A DNA stretch of 64,000 nt from Elusimicrobiota bacterium (GTDB lineage Bacteria; Elusimicrobiota; Elusimicrobia; Elusimicrobiales; UBA9959): NCBI GenBank assembly GCA_012517285.1, contig JAAYVG010000029.1:2-64001 (forward strand), written 5' to 3'. Numbering within the stretch: position 1 is the stretch's first letter; every line of letters starts with the position of its first letter. The notes under the pieces are model-generated. The model saw only the letters and a program-made list of their open reading frames with translations. It ran no database searches and had not been told where the DNA came from. The position numbers were made by a program, and so were the translations under genes. Below are positions 18,360 through 27,665 of this stretch, piece by piece.

Positions 18360-18474
18360 CAAGGATAAATTAATTGTTTAATCATTCAATTAGGTGCCTT
18401 TTTATTATTTTAATATATAATAATTTTATTACAACAACTATTCCTTTAATTTTGTAGAATATTATTATAAAGAT

Positions 18475-18548
18475 GGTGGCTGTAGCTCAATTGGTAGAGC
18501 ATCCGGTTGTGGCCCGGAAGGTCGCGGGTTCAAACCCCGTCAGCCACC
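18475..18548 (+). tRNA. tRNA-His (anticodon GTG) with encoded G-1
   Basis: Hand-folded: G-1 plus acceptor GTGGCTG/CAGCCAC, discriminator C, anticodon stem TCCGG/CCGGA with loop TTGTGGC, T arm GCGGG-TTCAAAC-CCCGT. Confidence 0.9.
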
Positions 18549-18733
18549 CTTGCTATACAGAATAACAGTGGCAAGCTGTTACGCTCGGGGTTGTTTCCAT
18601 TATCAGTTTATCAAATCTATCTTTTTCTTGTGGTGAAAAAACATGCTATAATATTTTACACTAATAAAGTTAAACCTAACTAATCTCTGATGTTACCTTT
18701 CCTGATGATGAAAGTTGCAAATTTAAACCAAGT

Positions 18734-18765
18734 ATATTCTCTAATTCTGCAGAATTAGAGAATAT
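18734..18765. repeat. 32-bp palindrome ATATTCTCTAATTCTGCAGAATTAGAGAATAT (family I)
   Basis: Perfect dyad centred on CTGCAG. Second copy at 43211-43242. Confidence 0.85.
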
Positions 18766-19046
18766 TTAACATATGAAACGAGGGAAAAGTTTATAGAGAA
18801 TTTTTAAAGAATAGAGGTAAAATAGAGCAAATTTGAAAGGGTTAATGCGTTTTGTTTTAAAGAGAAATAAAAATTATATAATTTGATTAGGAATAGAATA
18901 ATAAGTGAATTGATTGCATAACCGTAACAATTTTAAGGGTAAACTTTTTATCAAAAAAGATATTTTTTGCTTTTTTATAAAAATTAATATTAACTTATTT
19001 TATATAATGATATTTGCTATATGAGAGTTATAAAGGTAGGAAAAGA

Positions 19047-19652
19047 ATGGCAATGATTCTAAAGGTTTTTATTATGAGCGGGATGATGGCGTTGGCTGAT
19101 GATGTTCTGATATCAACTCAGGATAATATTGTTCTCATTTCAAGTGAAACAGAAAGAGTTAGTGTTTCATTAAATACTTCAAATCAATTATTAAAGTTGG
19201 TTGATGATATTAAAAATCAAATATCTGGCAGAGAAATTTTAGATAATGATAGGAAACAGATTGAAGATATTTTAAGTGAAACTCAAAATAAGATTTCATA
19301 TGTTTTAAAGGAGAGTGGTGTTGAAAAAAAAGAAACAGATTACAATAAAGCTCTTATAAAGGTGAGAAAGGCACTGATGGATTATTTTATTAAGACCAAC
19401 AGGTATCCAAAAAATATTGAGGAGCTTGTCCCTTATTTTACTGATTTCATACCTGAGATAGATGTCCATAATGAGTTTAATTCAAGGATAAAGTATATAA
19501 GAACAAGGGATTTTGATAAGAATTATTCAAAGGCGGTGGATAACTCAAGCGAGTATCTCTATTTTGCTGATCCACAGTCTTTATACTGGGGACTTTTTAT
19601 AATTAATTCAAACAGAATGGATAAAAGTGGCACGGCTTTTTATGAATGGTAA
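19047..19652 (+). CDS. Secreted hypothetical protein
   Basis: ATG at 19047 gives a signal-like N-terminus (MAMILKVFIMSGMMALA). A weak resemblance of the C-terminal part to pseudopilin globular domains is not enough for a call. Confidence 0.5.
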   Translation: MAMILKVFIMSGMMALADDVLISTQDNIVLISSETERVSVSLNTSNQLLKLVDDIKNQISGREILDNDRKQIEDILSETQNKISYVLKESGVEKKETDYNKALIKVRKALMDYFIKTNRYPKNIEELVPYFTDFIPEIDVHNEFNSRIKYIRTRDFDKNYSKAVDNSSEYLYFADPQSLYWGLFIINSNRMDKSGTAFYEW

Positions 19653-19726
19653 GATGATGATTAAAAGATTTGAGGATTATAAGATTGAAATATTTTACTA
19701 GATAAACAGATAACTAAGGAGGAAAT

Positions 19727-21682
19727 ATGGTGTCAAAGAAAACTATTAACGAAAGCATAAAAGTTCTTGTTAAGAAGTATCCTGATGAAAGGGAGAGGAT
19801 AAAAATTGGGGTGACTCAGATATCAAGATTGTGGCAGAAGGAGGATGGAACTGAAAAAGATTTCATAAATTTTGCTGAGAATAATTTTGAACCAGAAAAA
19901 AGACTTGATTCAATTTTTAATAGATACAATGAAAAATATGGATACTTTGGTTATATGACGGCGATGTATCTGAGACTCAGGCTTGAGCTGGATGAGGACA
20001 GAGGCGAGCTTTTAAACATAGACAGGTATTTTGCAAACCTTAATCCGCTTATACATTTAAATGAGGATCTTTTTAAAACAAAGATAGCTTTTTTGATTCT
20101 TTTGAACTTCAAGATTGATAATCTTAAATATGTGATTGAGAATATGAACTTTATGACAAGAAAGGATTGGGGAATAAACAGGATGACAAAGGCGTTTAAT
20201 TCAAGGGTTCCATCAAGCGTTTCTGAAAAAATAACGAAGGCGACATCAAAGGCTGAGGAGTTCGTTTATTCATATAACATTCCTATGGGAGTTGTTTTGA
20301 GTGATGATAACAGAAAACTTTTTGATGATAAGTTATTGCTTATAAGCCACTGGGGACTCCGCGATGAACTAAAAAGCTTTTATACCAATAGATCGGATCT
20401 TGGAATAAAGAAGCAGAAGACGATATACAAACTTATGGAAAGGGTTATATATGGAGAGATTCCATCAAAGGTTATTGAAAAAAAGGCAAAGGCATACAAC
20501 CCTTTTTCAAATGAGATTGATGGCAAAAAAAACACAGAGATTGACCTTAGGAGATATGATAACCTTAAAAATATGTTTGAGGCAAACAGAGAGGAAGATA
20601 AATACAATCTGGTTTATGACAATTATATAGACAGAATATTCAGTGGCACAAGGGAGATTCCTTTTGATAAGGCAGAAGGAATGATGATTGATATACTGAG
20701 CGATAATGCAGGTAAAATTGTCGGCAATTTAATAAAGAAAAGACTTCAAAGAAATCTTGAGCCATTTGATATATGGTATAACGGGTTTGTGGCACAGGAT
20801 GATGGGATAAACCTTGATGAGATGGTGAAGAAAATATACCCAACGATTGATGATTTTCAAAAGGGAATAAAGAATATATTGATTAAGTTAGACTTTGATA
20901 CTAAAACAGCCGAGACGCTTGCATCAAGAATAGAGGTTGACCCTGCAAGAGGAGCTGGGCATGCGTGGGGACCAGCTTTTAAAGGAGAAGTTGCTCACTT
21001 AAGGACAAGGCTTGTTGATGCAAAGTATATGAACTGGCAGTCATTCAACACTGCTATGCATGAGTTAGGGCACTGTGTCGAGCAGAACTTTTCACTTTAT
21101 GATATTGATTACAATCTTTTGAGCGGAGTGCCAAACATAGCCTTTACAGAGGCGATGGCTTTTGTTTTTCAGAACAAGTCGCTTGATATATTAGGGATTG
21201 AAAGAAATAAAAACATAGACTATTTAAACGACATACAGATATTCTGGGATGCAAGGGAGATTGCAGGTGTTTCGCTTGTGGATATGTATGTATGGAAATG
21301 GATGTATAAAACGAAAAAGTTTACACCAGAGCAGCTGAAGAATAAAGTTATAGAGATTTCAAAGAATATATGGAATAAGTATTATTATCCTGTGTTCGGT
21401 GTTAAGGATATACCTGTGCTTGCTATATATTCACATATGATATTCTCATCGCTTTATCTTCCTGATTATACCATAGGCCATATAATAGCACATCAGATAG
21501 AAAACCATTTCAAGAAGGTTTCAATAGGAAAGGATATGAAGAGGATATGTCAGTTAGGAAATATCACACCGATGAAATGGATGAAAGAAGCGGTTGGAAG
21601 TGAGATTGACATAAAAGCGCTCACGGATGATGCAAAAAAGGCAACAATGATGGATGATAAGATGACAGTGATTAATGGTTAG
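19727..21682 (+). CDS. HExxH zinc-metallopeptidase-like protein
   Basis: 651 aa with RBS AGGAGG upstream and an AMHELGHCVEQ motif. Family not identifiable by eye. Confidence 0.55.
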   Translation: MVSKKTINESIKVLVKKYPDERERIKIGVTQISRLWQKEDGTEKDFINFAENNFEPEKRLDSIFNRYNEKYGYFGYMTAMYLRLRLELDEDRGELLNIDRYFANLNPLIHLNEDLFKTKIAFLILLNFKIDNLKYVIENMNFMTRKDWGINRMTKAFNSRVPSSVSEKITKATSKAEEFVYSYNIPMGVVLSDDNRKLFDDKLLLISHWGLRDELKSFYTNRSDLGIKKQKTIYKLMERVIYGEIPSKVIEKKAKAYNPFSNEIDGKKNTEIDLRRYDNLKNMFEANREEDKYNLVYDNYIDRIFSGTREIPFDKAEGMMIDILSDNAGKIVGNLIKKRLQRNLEPFDIWYNGFVAQDDGINLDEMVKKIYPTIDDFQKGIKNILIKLDFDTKTAETLASRIEVDPARGAGHAWGPAFKGEVAHLRTRLVDAKYMNWQSFNTAMHELGHCVEQNFSLYDIDYNLLSGVPNIAFTEAMAFVFQNKSLDILGIERNKNIDYLNDIQIFWDAREIAGVSLVDMYVWKWMYKTKKFTPEQLKNKVIEISKNIWNKYYYPVFGVKDIPVLAIYSHMIFSSLYLPDYTIGHIIAHQIENHFKKVSIGKDMKRICQLGNITPMKWMKEAVGSEIDIKALTDDAKKATMMDDKMTVING

Positions 21683-21705
21683 TGAACAGTAAAACAGTAA
21701 CAACT

Positions 21706-21733
21706 GAAAATTTTGTCAGAGAACAAAATTTTG
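21706..21733. promoter_or_regulatory. Inverted repeat GAAAATTTTGT-N6-ACAAAATTTT just upstream of the RBS of the CoA-binding protein gene
   Basis: Same dyad type, in the same position relative to RBS and ATG, as 6912-6937. Confidence 0.4.
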
Positions 21734-21745
21734 TATGGAGACTGT

Positions 21746-22117
21746 ATGAGTTTCAAGGATAAAACAATTGCGGTTGTTGGAGTAAGCGAAAATAAAAATA
21801 AATATGGATATAAGATATTTACATCGCTTGTAGAAAACGATTATGATGTTTATGGAGTAAACCCAAAGTTAGCCTCGTTGAATGGGGAAAAAATATATCA
21901 TTCTTTGAGTGAAATTCCTAAAAAGATCGATTTAGTTATAACAGTTGTTCCGCCAGCAGTTAGCGAAGAGATTGTTGATGAATGTCATAAACTCGGGATA
22001 AATCATATATGGTTTCAGCCGGGATCAGAGTCAGAGGAAGCGGTAAAAAAAGCAAAAGGATATGGAATAGAAACAACAGAGGCATGCTTTATGGTTCAAA
22101 ATAATATATGGAAATAG
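21746..22117 (+). CDS. CoA-binding domain protein (YccU/YneT-like)
   Basis: KTIAVVGVSENKNKYGYKIF Rossmann N-terminus. ATG at 21746 follows GGAGA; the TTG at 21713 in the track runs through the dyad and is rejected. Confidence 0.8.
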   Translation: MSFKDKTIAVVGVSENKNKYGYKIFTSLVENDYDVYGVNPKLASLNGEKIYHSLSEIPKKIDLVITVVPPAVSEEIVDECHKLGINHIWFQPGSESEEAVKKAKGYGIETTEACFMVQNNIWK

Positions 22118-22776
22118 ATATAAATAAGATATTAAGCGATAAATATGAAAAATACTTTGATTATTTAAACCAAAATATGATTGTAAATCAAATTATGGGG
22201 AGGGGTATAAAAAATACTGAGTTAATAGCTGCAATAAAGTTAGTGAAAAGACATTACTTTCTTCCAGATAGTCTTAAAACAAGGGCATATGATGATTGTG
22301 CAATTGAGATACTTCCAGAACAAACCATATCACAGCCATATGTAGTTGCTTTAATGATTGCTCTTGTTGATATAAAAAAGGAGGATAGGGTTCTTGAGAT
22401 AGGAACAGGGACAGGATGGCAGACAACAATACTCTCAAAATTATCAAAAGAGGTTTATTCAATTGATATAAGAGACTCACTTTTTGAGTTTGCGAGTAAA
22501 AGAATAGAAAGATATGGAAATAATAATGTTTATCTAAAGATTGGAGATGGTAAAGAAGGATGGGTGGAAAAATCACCATTTGATAAGATAATTGTTTCCT
22601 GTGCTACAAATGAGATTCCTCAAAAACTTCTGGAACAGATTAAAAATGGTGGAAAGATGGTTCTGCCTGTTGAAAAAGAAGGCAGTCAAAGACTAAATCT
22701 CATTCAAAAGGATAAAGAGGGGATGATAAAAACGGAAGAAAGCATTGATGTCGTTTTTGTTAGGATGAAGCAATAA
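22108..22776 (+). CDS. pcm: Protein-L-isoaspartate O-methyltransferase
   Basis: TISQPYVVA and VLEIGTGTGWQT SAM-binding motifs. Confidence 0.85.
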   Translation: MEIDINKILSDKYEKYFDYLNQNMIVNQIMGRGIKNTELIAAIKLVKRHYFLPDSLKTRAYDDCAIEILPEQTISQPYVVALMIALVDIKKEDRVLEIGTGTGWQTTILSKLSKEVYSIDIRDSLFEFASKRIERYGNNNVYLKIGDGKEGWVEKSPFDKIIVSCATNEIPQKLLEQIKNGGKMVLPVEKEGSQRLNLIQKDKEGMIKTEESIDVVFVRMKQ

Positions 22777-22900
22777 AGAAAGTATTCAGTGGTTAGTGTT
22801 CAGTCAAACAAGGAATTCCTTTAAATTCTAACTTTTGATATCTGTTTTCTGGCATCTGATTAGATTAGTGTTGTCCTGTCTGTTTTCATCATGATGATTT

Positions 22901-23842
22901 ATGGATACTCAAAAACTTATAGAGATACAAAAATCAATATACAAAAAGATTAAGATAAAGCCATATAACAAGGAATTTAGAAAAATTCTTGCATTTGATA
23001 TATCTTTTGATAATGACGATGGATACTGTGTTGGGGTTATGCTTGATAGAGATTTTAAAATAATTGAGGAAAAATATACATTTGAAAGGGTAAGATTCCC
23101 ATATATTCTAGTGTAGTGTCCCTAATATTTCTTGATATTTGAAGGCTCAGATTTGAGATGGATACGAGGCGCGACGAACGAGCCCCGATTTATCGGGGTA
23201 AGCGAGAAGCAACGAAGTATGCGGCCAAAGATGAGCCTCCCCAAAGGGGCTGGCCACTTTTCGGCTGCGACTGCGTCACTCGTCGCTCATATAGTCCCAC
23301 TATATTCGCTCCTCGTTTCTTGTCTCGCCCGCCTGCCGAAGCCGCTTCGGCGTAGGCAGGCTCTAAAATTGGCCAGTCAAATGTAAAGAACTGTTAGGGA
23401 CACTACACTAGGATTTCTAATGTTCAGGGAGATGCCCTTGATATTAAAAACATATAAAAAATTTAGTAATAAACCGGATATAATCTTGATTGATGGTCAT
23501 GGAACACTTCATCCGAGGAGATGCGGGATAGCTGTGGCATTCGGGGTTAAGGTTAAGAAGCCAACCATAGGTGTTGCAAAGTCATTTTTATATGGTATAT
23601 ATGAAGAACCAGATAATAAAAAAAATTCATTCTCTTATGTATATGACAAGAATGGTGATAAGATAGGTGCTGTTTTAAGAACGAGAGAAAATACTAAACC
23701 TGTCTTTGTCTCTCCCGGAAATCTTATTGATATATCATCATCAATTAAAGCAGTTAAAAAACTAATCGGCAAATACAGAATAATAGAGCCACTTCGTATT
23801 GCCCATATAGAATCAAACAGGTTTAGAAAGGGATGTATTTAG
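22901..23842 (+). pseudogene. nfi: Endonuclease V gene interrupted by a 298-bp TIR element
   Basis: 22901-23110 encodes the N-terminal part (AFDISF...RFPYIL). 23411-23842 continues GFLMFREMP...DGHGTLHPRRCGIA..GVAKS. Removing 23111-23410 rejoins PYIL|GFLMFRE in frame. Confidence 0.85.
23111..23408 (+). mobile_element. 298-bp GC-rich miniature TIR element (family M1), TA-flanked
   Basis: TIRs GTGTAGTGTCCCTAA / TTAGGGACACTACAC. TA at 23109-10 and 23409-10. One interior line counts 63% G+C with multiple hairpins. Its internal ORFs are rejected. Confidence 0.8.
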
Positions 23843-24169
23843 TGGACACTAAAAAAGTTATCTGGTTATCTAGTTATTTAGGAAAACATTGAGATGAAGG
23901 CAGATAGACATCAGGGTGAATAATTGAATAAAAGCGTTATAACCTATCCAACTTACGAAGTTGGACAAAAATTTGTAAATGGAGTTATATGTTCAACTTA
24001 CGAAGTTGGAAAGAGGTTTATAATTTTATCATAGGTAACTAAATAATGATAATCTGTATCACAAATAGCCTTCTATTTAAATTATTGATATGTAACCTTG
24101 TTAACATTGACACTATATGATTTAATTACTACAATAATACATATATTCAGGAATTAGAAGGGAGGAGTA

Positions 24170-25714
24170 ATGAAAAAGATAATAGTAGCGATTTTATCGC
24201 TTTCAGCTGTATCAGTATGGGCTGAGCAGTGGCAGGTGCTTGGAACAAGACCTATGGGTATGGGTGGGGCATATGTTGCTATGGCAAGAGGTCCGATAGC
24301 TCAGTATTGGAACCCTGCAGGTTTGGCTCAGGTTTCAAGCCAGACATTTAGCGGGCTTGAGATACCTGTTGGTGCAGGGATTGAGGTTACAGGAAAGCTT
24401 TTAGATAATGTAAGCAATATAACAGAAGTTGCAAATCAGATAGATGGGGTAAGAAAATCTAATTCAACAGATAAGGTAAATGCTGATGAGATGTCAGCAT
24501 TTATTAAAACACTCGGTTCATTAGAAAAAATTAATAAGAATGAGGATTCAGGAAGCCTCATAGAAGTTGCTGGTGGATTAAACCTAAAAATCTCAAAGAT
24601 AGCATTGTCAATTAATAACTATACAGCAGCAGGGCTAAATCCATTTATTGACTCAAGAAATATAAAGGTGGTTGACGATACAACAGTAGGTTCAAATCTT
24701 CCGACAGGTACAGGTGATCCAACTATAACTCGACCGGATTATAAAGATGCAAGGAATAATCTTTCTCAAGCGATAGATAACATTGGATTTGGTAATATAG
24801 AAGACTTATTTTGTGGAACAGGAGTAAACTGTTTTTCAGGAGTATACGGCAATTCAACCGATTTAGCCAATGCTCTTACCAATGAGGCTATTACTAATGG
24901 GATTTCAGCAGGAGAATTAACAGAGATTTCTAATGAAGCAGTTCAATACTCAAGTGACGCTGGAGAGATTATTAAAAATGTAGCAACAGGTGGTTCCTTT
25001 GATGATAACAAATCAAATATAAACCTTAAAGCGGCATCATTTTTTGAGGCAGCGATAGGGTATGGTAGGTATGTAAACTTTTTACCGGGCTTAGCAATAG
25101 GTGGAAACATTAAGGTTATACAAGGTAATATTGCCAATAAAACCTTTGAGTTTTTGAAAGAAGATGAGACAAAGGATGTGTTTGACGATTTCCTTGATAA
25201 CAAGGAAAGTTCAATGAAGCCAGCCTTTGACCTCGGATTTTTATGGGATGTTAACCAGAAGTATCCAAAGATTCCGTTACATCCAACTCTTGGGTTGACA
25301 ATAAGAAACATTAACTCACCGAGTTTTGATGGACCAACAGGAAAGTATAAATTAGACAGGCAGGCAAGGTTTGGAGTTTCTTTAAGACCATTTAACTGGT
25401 GGCATTTATCAGCAGATGTTGATCTGACTGAAAATGACACTGAGGTTGACGGATATAAATCAAGGGAGCTTGCGTTTGGAACGGAGATAAATATAATTAA
25501 CAGGAAGTCATTCAACCTTCCTTTAAGGTTAGGGCTTATGAAAAACTTAGCCAACTCAAACTCAAGCACGATGTACACAGCAGGTCTCGGGCTGACATTT
25601 GCATATATTCATTTTGATGTTGCTGCTGGTATATCAAGCGGAGAGACAGAGATAGATGGTGACAAATACCCAGAAAAGGGACAGGTAGTAGCAAGCTTAG
25701 GAATACTTTTTTAA
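24170..25714 (+). CDS. Outer-membrane beta-barrel protein (TraF/PorQ-like N-terminal motif)
   Basis: Signal peptide, GTRPMGMGGAYVAMARGPIAQYWNPAGLA motif, C-terminal aromatic residue (ILF). Confidence 0.6.
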   Translation: MKKIIVAILSLSAVSVWAEQWQVLGTRPMGMGGAYVAMARGPIAQYWNPAGLAQVSSQTFSGLEIPVGAGIEVTGKLLDNVSNITEVANQIDGVRKSNSTDKVNADEMSAFIKTLGSLEKINKNEDSGSLIEVAGGLNLKISKIALSINNYTAAGLNPFIDSRNIKVVDDTTVGSNLPTGTGDPTITRPDYKDARNNLSQAIDNIGFGNIEDLFCGTGVNCFSGVYGNSTDLANALTNEAITNGISAGELTEISNEAVQYSSDAGEIIKNVATGGSFDDNKSNINLKAASFFEAAIGYGRYVNFLPGLAIGGNIKVIQGNIANKTFEFLKEDETKDVFDDFLDNKESSMKPAFDLGFLWDVNQKYPKIPLHPTLGLTIRNINSPSFDGPTGKYKLDRQARFGVSLRPFNWWHLSADVDLTENDTEVDGYKSRELAFGTEINIINRKSFNLPLRLGLMKNLANSNSSTMYTAGLGLTFAYIHFDVAAGISSGETEIDGDKYPEKGQVVASLGILF

Positions 25715-25736
25715 ATCATAATTAAATAGTGATACT

Positions 25737-25775
25737 AACCCCGTTAGAAGTCCAACTTTTAACGGGGTTTTTTTA
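25737..25775 (+). terminator. Rho-independent terminator
   Basis: AACCCCGTTA...TAACGGGGTT stem followed by a T run. Confidence 0.7.
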
Positions 25776-25822
25776 TCCTCTATCCTTACAATTTTATATA
25801 ATTTATTTTTAGGCAGTATTCT

Positions 25823-26743
25823 ATGAATGCAATAAACATCAAAGATATAACAAAAAAATTTAAAGAAGTTGATGCACTTTCTGGGATTAGCTTTGATATA
25901 AAGCAGGGGGAGGTGTTTTCACTCTTAGGGCCAAACGGTGCAGGCAAGACAACACTGATAAGCATACTTACAACAATACTTAAACCAACGTCAGGAACCG
26001 CAGTTATAAACGGAAAGGATATAATAAAGGAACCACTTGATGTTAGAAAAAACATTGGCATCGTGTTTCAGGAACCATCACTGGATGACCTACTGACAGC
26101 AAAGGAAAACCTTTATCTCCATTCAATGCTTTATAATATGCCAAAAGAAATTGCTAAAAAAAGAATAAAGGATATATTAATAACAGTTAATCTTTATGAG
26201 AGAAAAGATCATATAGTAAAAACATTTTCAGGTGGTATGAAGAGACAGCTTGAGATAGCAAGAGGGCTTCTTCATACGCCAAAGATTTTATTTCTTGATG
26301 AGCCAACAGTGGGACTTGATCCATTTTCAAGAAGAAACATATGGGAGTATATAAAAAAAGTAAAGAAGGAGCAGAATATAACGATAATACTTACCACTCA
26401 TTATATGGAAGAGGCAGAAAGCCTGAGTGATAGAATAGCGATAATAAACAAGGGAAAGATAATAGAACTCGACACACCTGAAAATCTTAAGAAAAAAATA
26501 GGTGATGAGATATTAATAATAAAAGGAATTGTTGATGATAACAGAGTAAGAAGCCTTGATTTTATAAAAAGTGTTGATCTGAAAAATGATAAATATATTA
26601 TAACATCAAAGGAAATAACAAAAAATTTGAACAAAATTTTAGAATATGTTAAAAGAATTGATGATATAGAGATAAGAAAAACTTCGCTTGAGGATGTGTT
26701 TTTAAAAATGACTGGCAAAAAAATAGAGGAGTTAGATGAATAA
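25823..26743 (+). CDS. ABC transporter ATP-binding protein (ABC-2/DrrA-type)
   Basis: Walker A GPNGAGKTT, signature SGGMKRQL, Walker B LFLDEPT. Confidence 0.9.
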   Translation: MNAINIKDITKKFKEVDALSGISFDIKQGEVFSLLGPNGAGKTTLISILTTILKPTSGTAVINGKDIIKEPLDVRKNIGIVFQEPSLDDLLTAKENLYLHSMLYNMPKEIAKKRIKDILITVNLYERKDHIVKTFSGGMKRQLEIARGLLHTPKILFLDEPTVGLDPFSRRNIWEYIKKVKKEQNITIILTTHYMEEAESLSDRIAIINKGKIIELDTPENLKKKIGDEILIIKGIVDDNRVRSLDFIKSVDLKNDKYIITSKEITKNLNKILEYVKRIDDIEIRKTSLEDVFLKMTGKKIEELDE

Positions 26744-27500
26744 TTTGATACAGATAAGCGGAATAAAGGCAATAGTTTTAAGGGAGCTCTTAGTCTTTTC
26801 AAGAGAGAAGGAAAGAATTATATCATCGATAATTTCACCGCTTTTGTTCCTTTTTGTAATCGGTAAAAGTCTCAATCAGAACGCCAATATCGGGGGATAT
26901 TCATATCAGCAGTTTATATTTCCAGGTATCATAGGAATGGATATACTTTTCACGTCAATAAGATACGGACTTTATATCATATGGGATAAAAAGATGGATT
27001 TTTTAAAAGAAGTTTTGATATCACCGATATCAAGAACATCTCTGTTCTTAGGTAAAGCTTTAGGTGGGGTTATAGGAGCGATGTTAGAGATGCTAATAAT
27101 ATTGGTTATAGGAAATTTTTTTGTTTTGAAGATAAGTATCCTTCAGATGATACTAACTATGATTGCCTGTGGATTTGTAAGCTTTATGGTTGTAACAATA
27201 GGGCTTGCCATAGGTGGTGGTATGAAAACTATGGAAGGCTTTGGACTTGTCGTAAGTTTTGTGAGTTGGCCAATGTTTTTTTTCAGCAATGCTATGTTTG
27301 AGATCTCCAAGTCAAACACAACAGTCTGGGCTCTTTCTGTGATAAATCCATTTACATACTGTGTTGATATAATAAGAAAAATACTATTAAACTATGCACA
27401 GTTTCCTGTATCGAGATCAATAATAATAATTCTGATATGGAATATAATACTTTCATACATAACAATAAAGATATTTAACAGAATTGATACACAGAAATAA
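26736..27500 (+). CDS. ABC-2 type transporter permease
   Basis: 254 aa with six hydrophobic segments. Overlaps the ATPase gene by 8 nt. Confidence 0.85.
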   Translation: MNNLIQISGIKAIVLRELLVFSREKERIISSIISPLLFLFVIGKSLNQNANIGGYSYQQFIFPGIIGMDILFTSIRYGLYIIWDKKMDFLKEVLISPISRTSLFLGKALGGVIGAMLEMLIILVIGNFFVLKISILQMILTMIACGFVSFMVVTIGLAIGGGMKTMEGFGLVVSFVSWPMFFFSNAMFEISKSNTTVWALSVINPFTYCVDIIRKILLNYAQFPVSRSIIIILIWNIILSYITIKIFNRIDTQK

Positions 27501-27665
27501 TAATCATTAGGGCTAATTAGTTATTTAATCATCAAGATGTAAACGGATTCATCGGGATAAAAACAGATACAATCAAGATTTAGACAGATAAATTAAGAAG
27601 ATAGTTGTTTAAGAAGAAACATAAGTTAGTAATTCCCAATAATGTAAATTTGCTAAACTATTTTT

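Noticed and set aside
18549-19013. Integrated element at tRNA-His (long non-coding tract downstream)
   Set aside because: No duplicated tRNA 3' end, no integrase and no coding capacity. Only the family I palindrome and AT-rich DNA are present.
23132-23386. ORFs of 84 and 65 aa inside the nfi-interrupting element
   Set aside because: They lie wholly within a hairpin-rich, TIR-bounded element. They have no RBS and use non-ATG starts, and the GC-rich sequence naturally yields open frames. Treated as non-coding.
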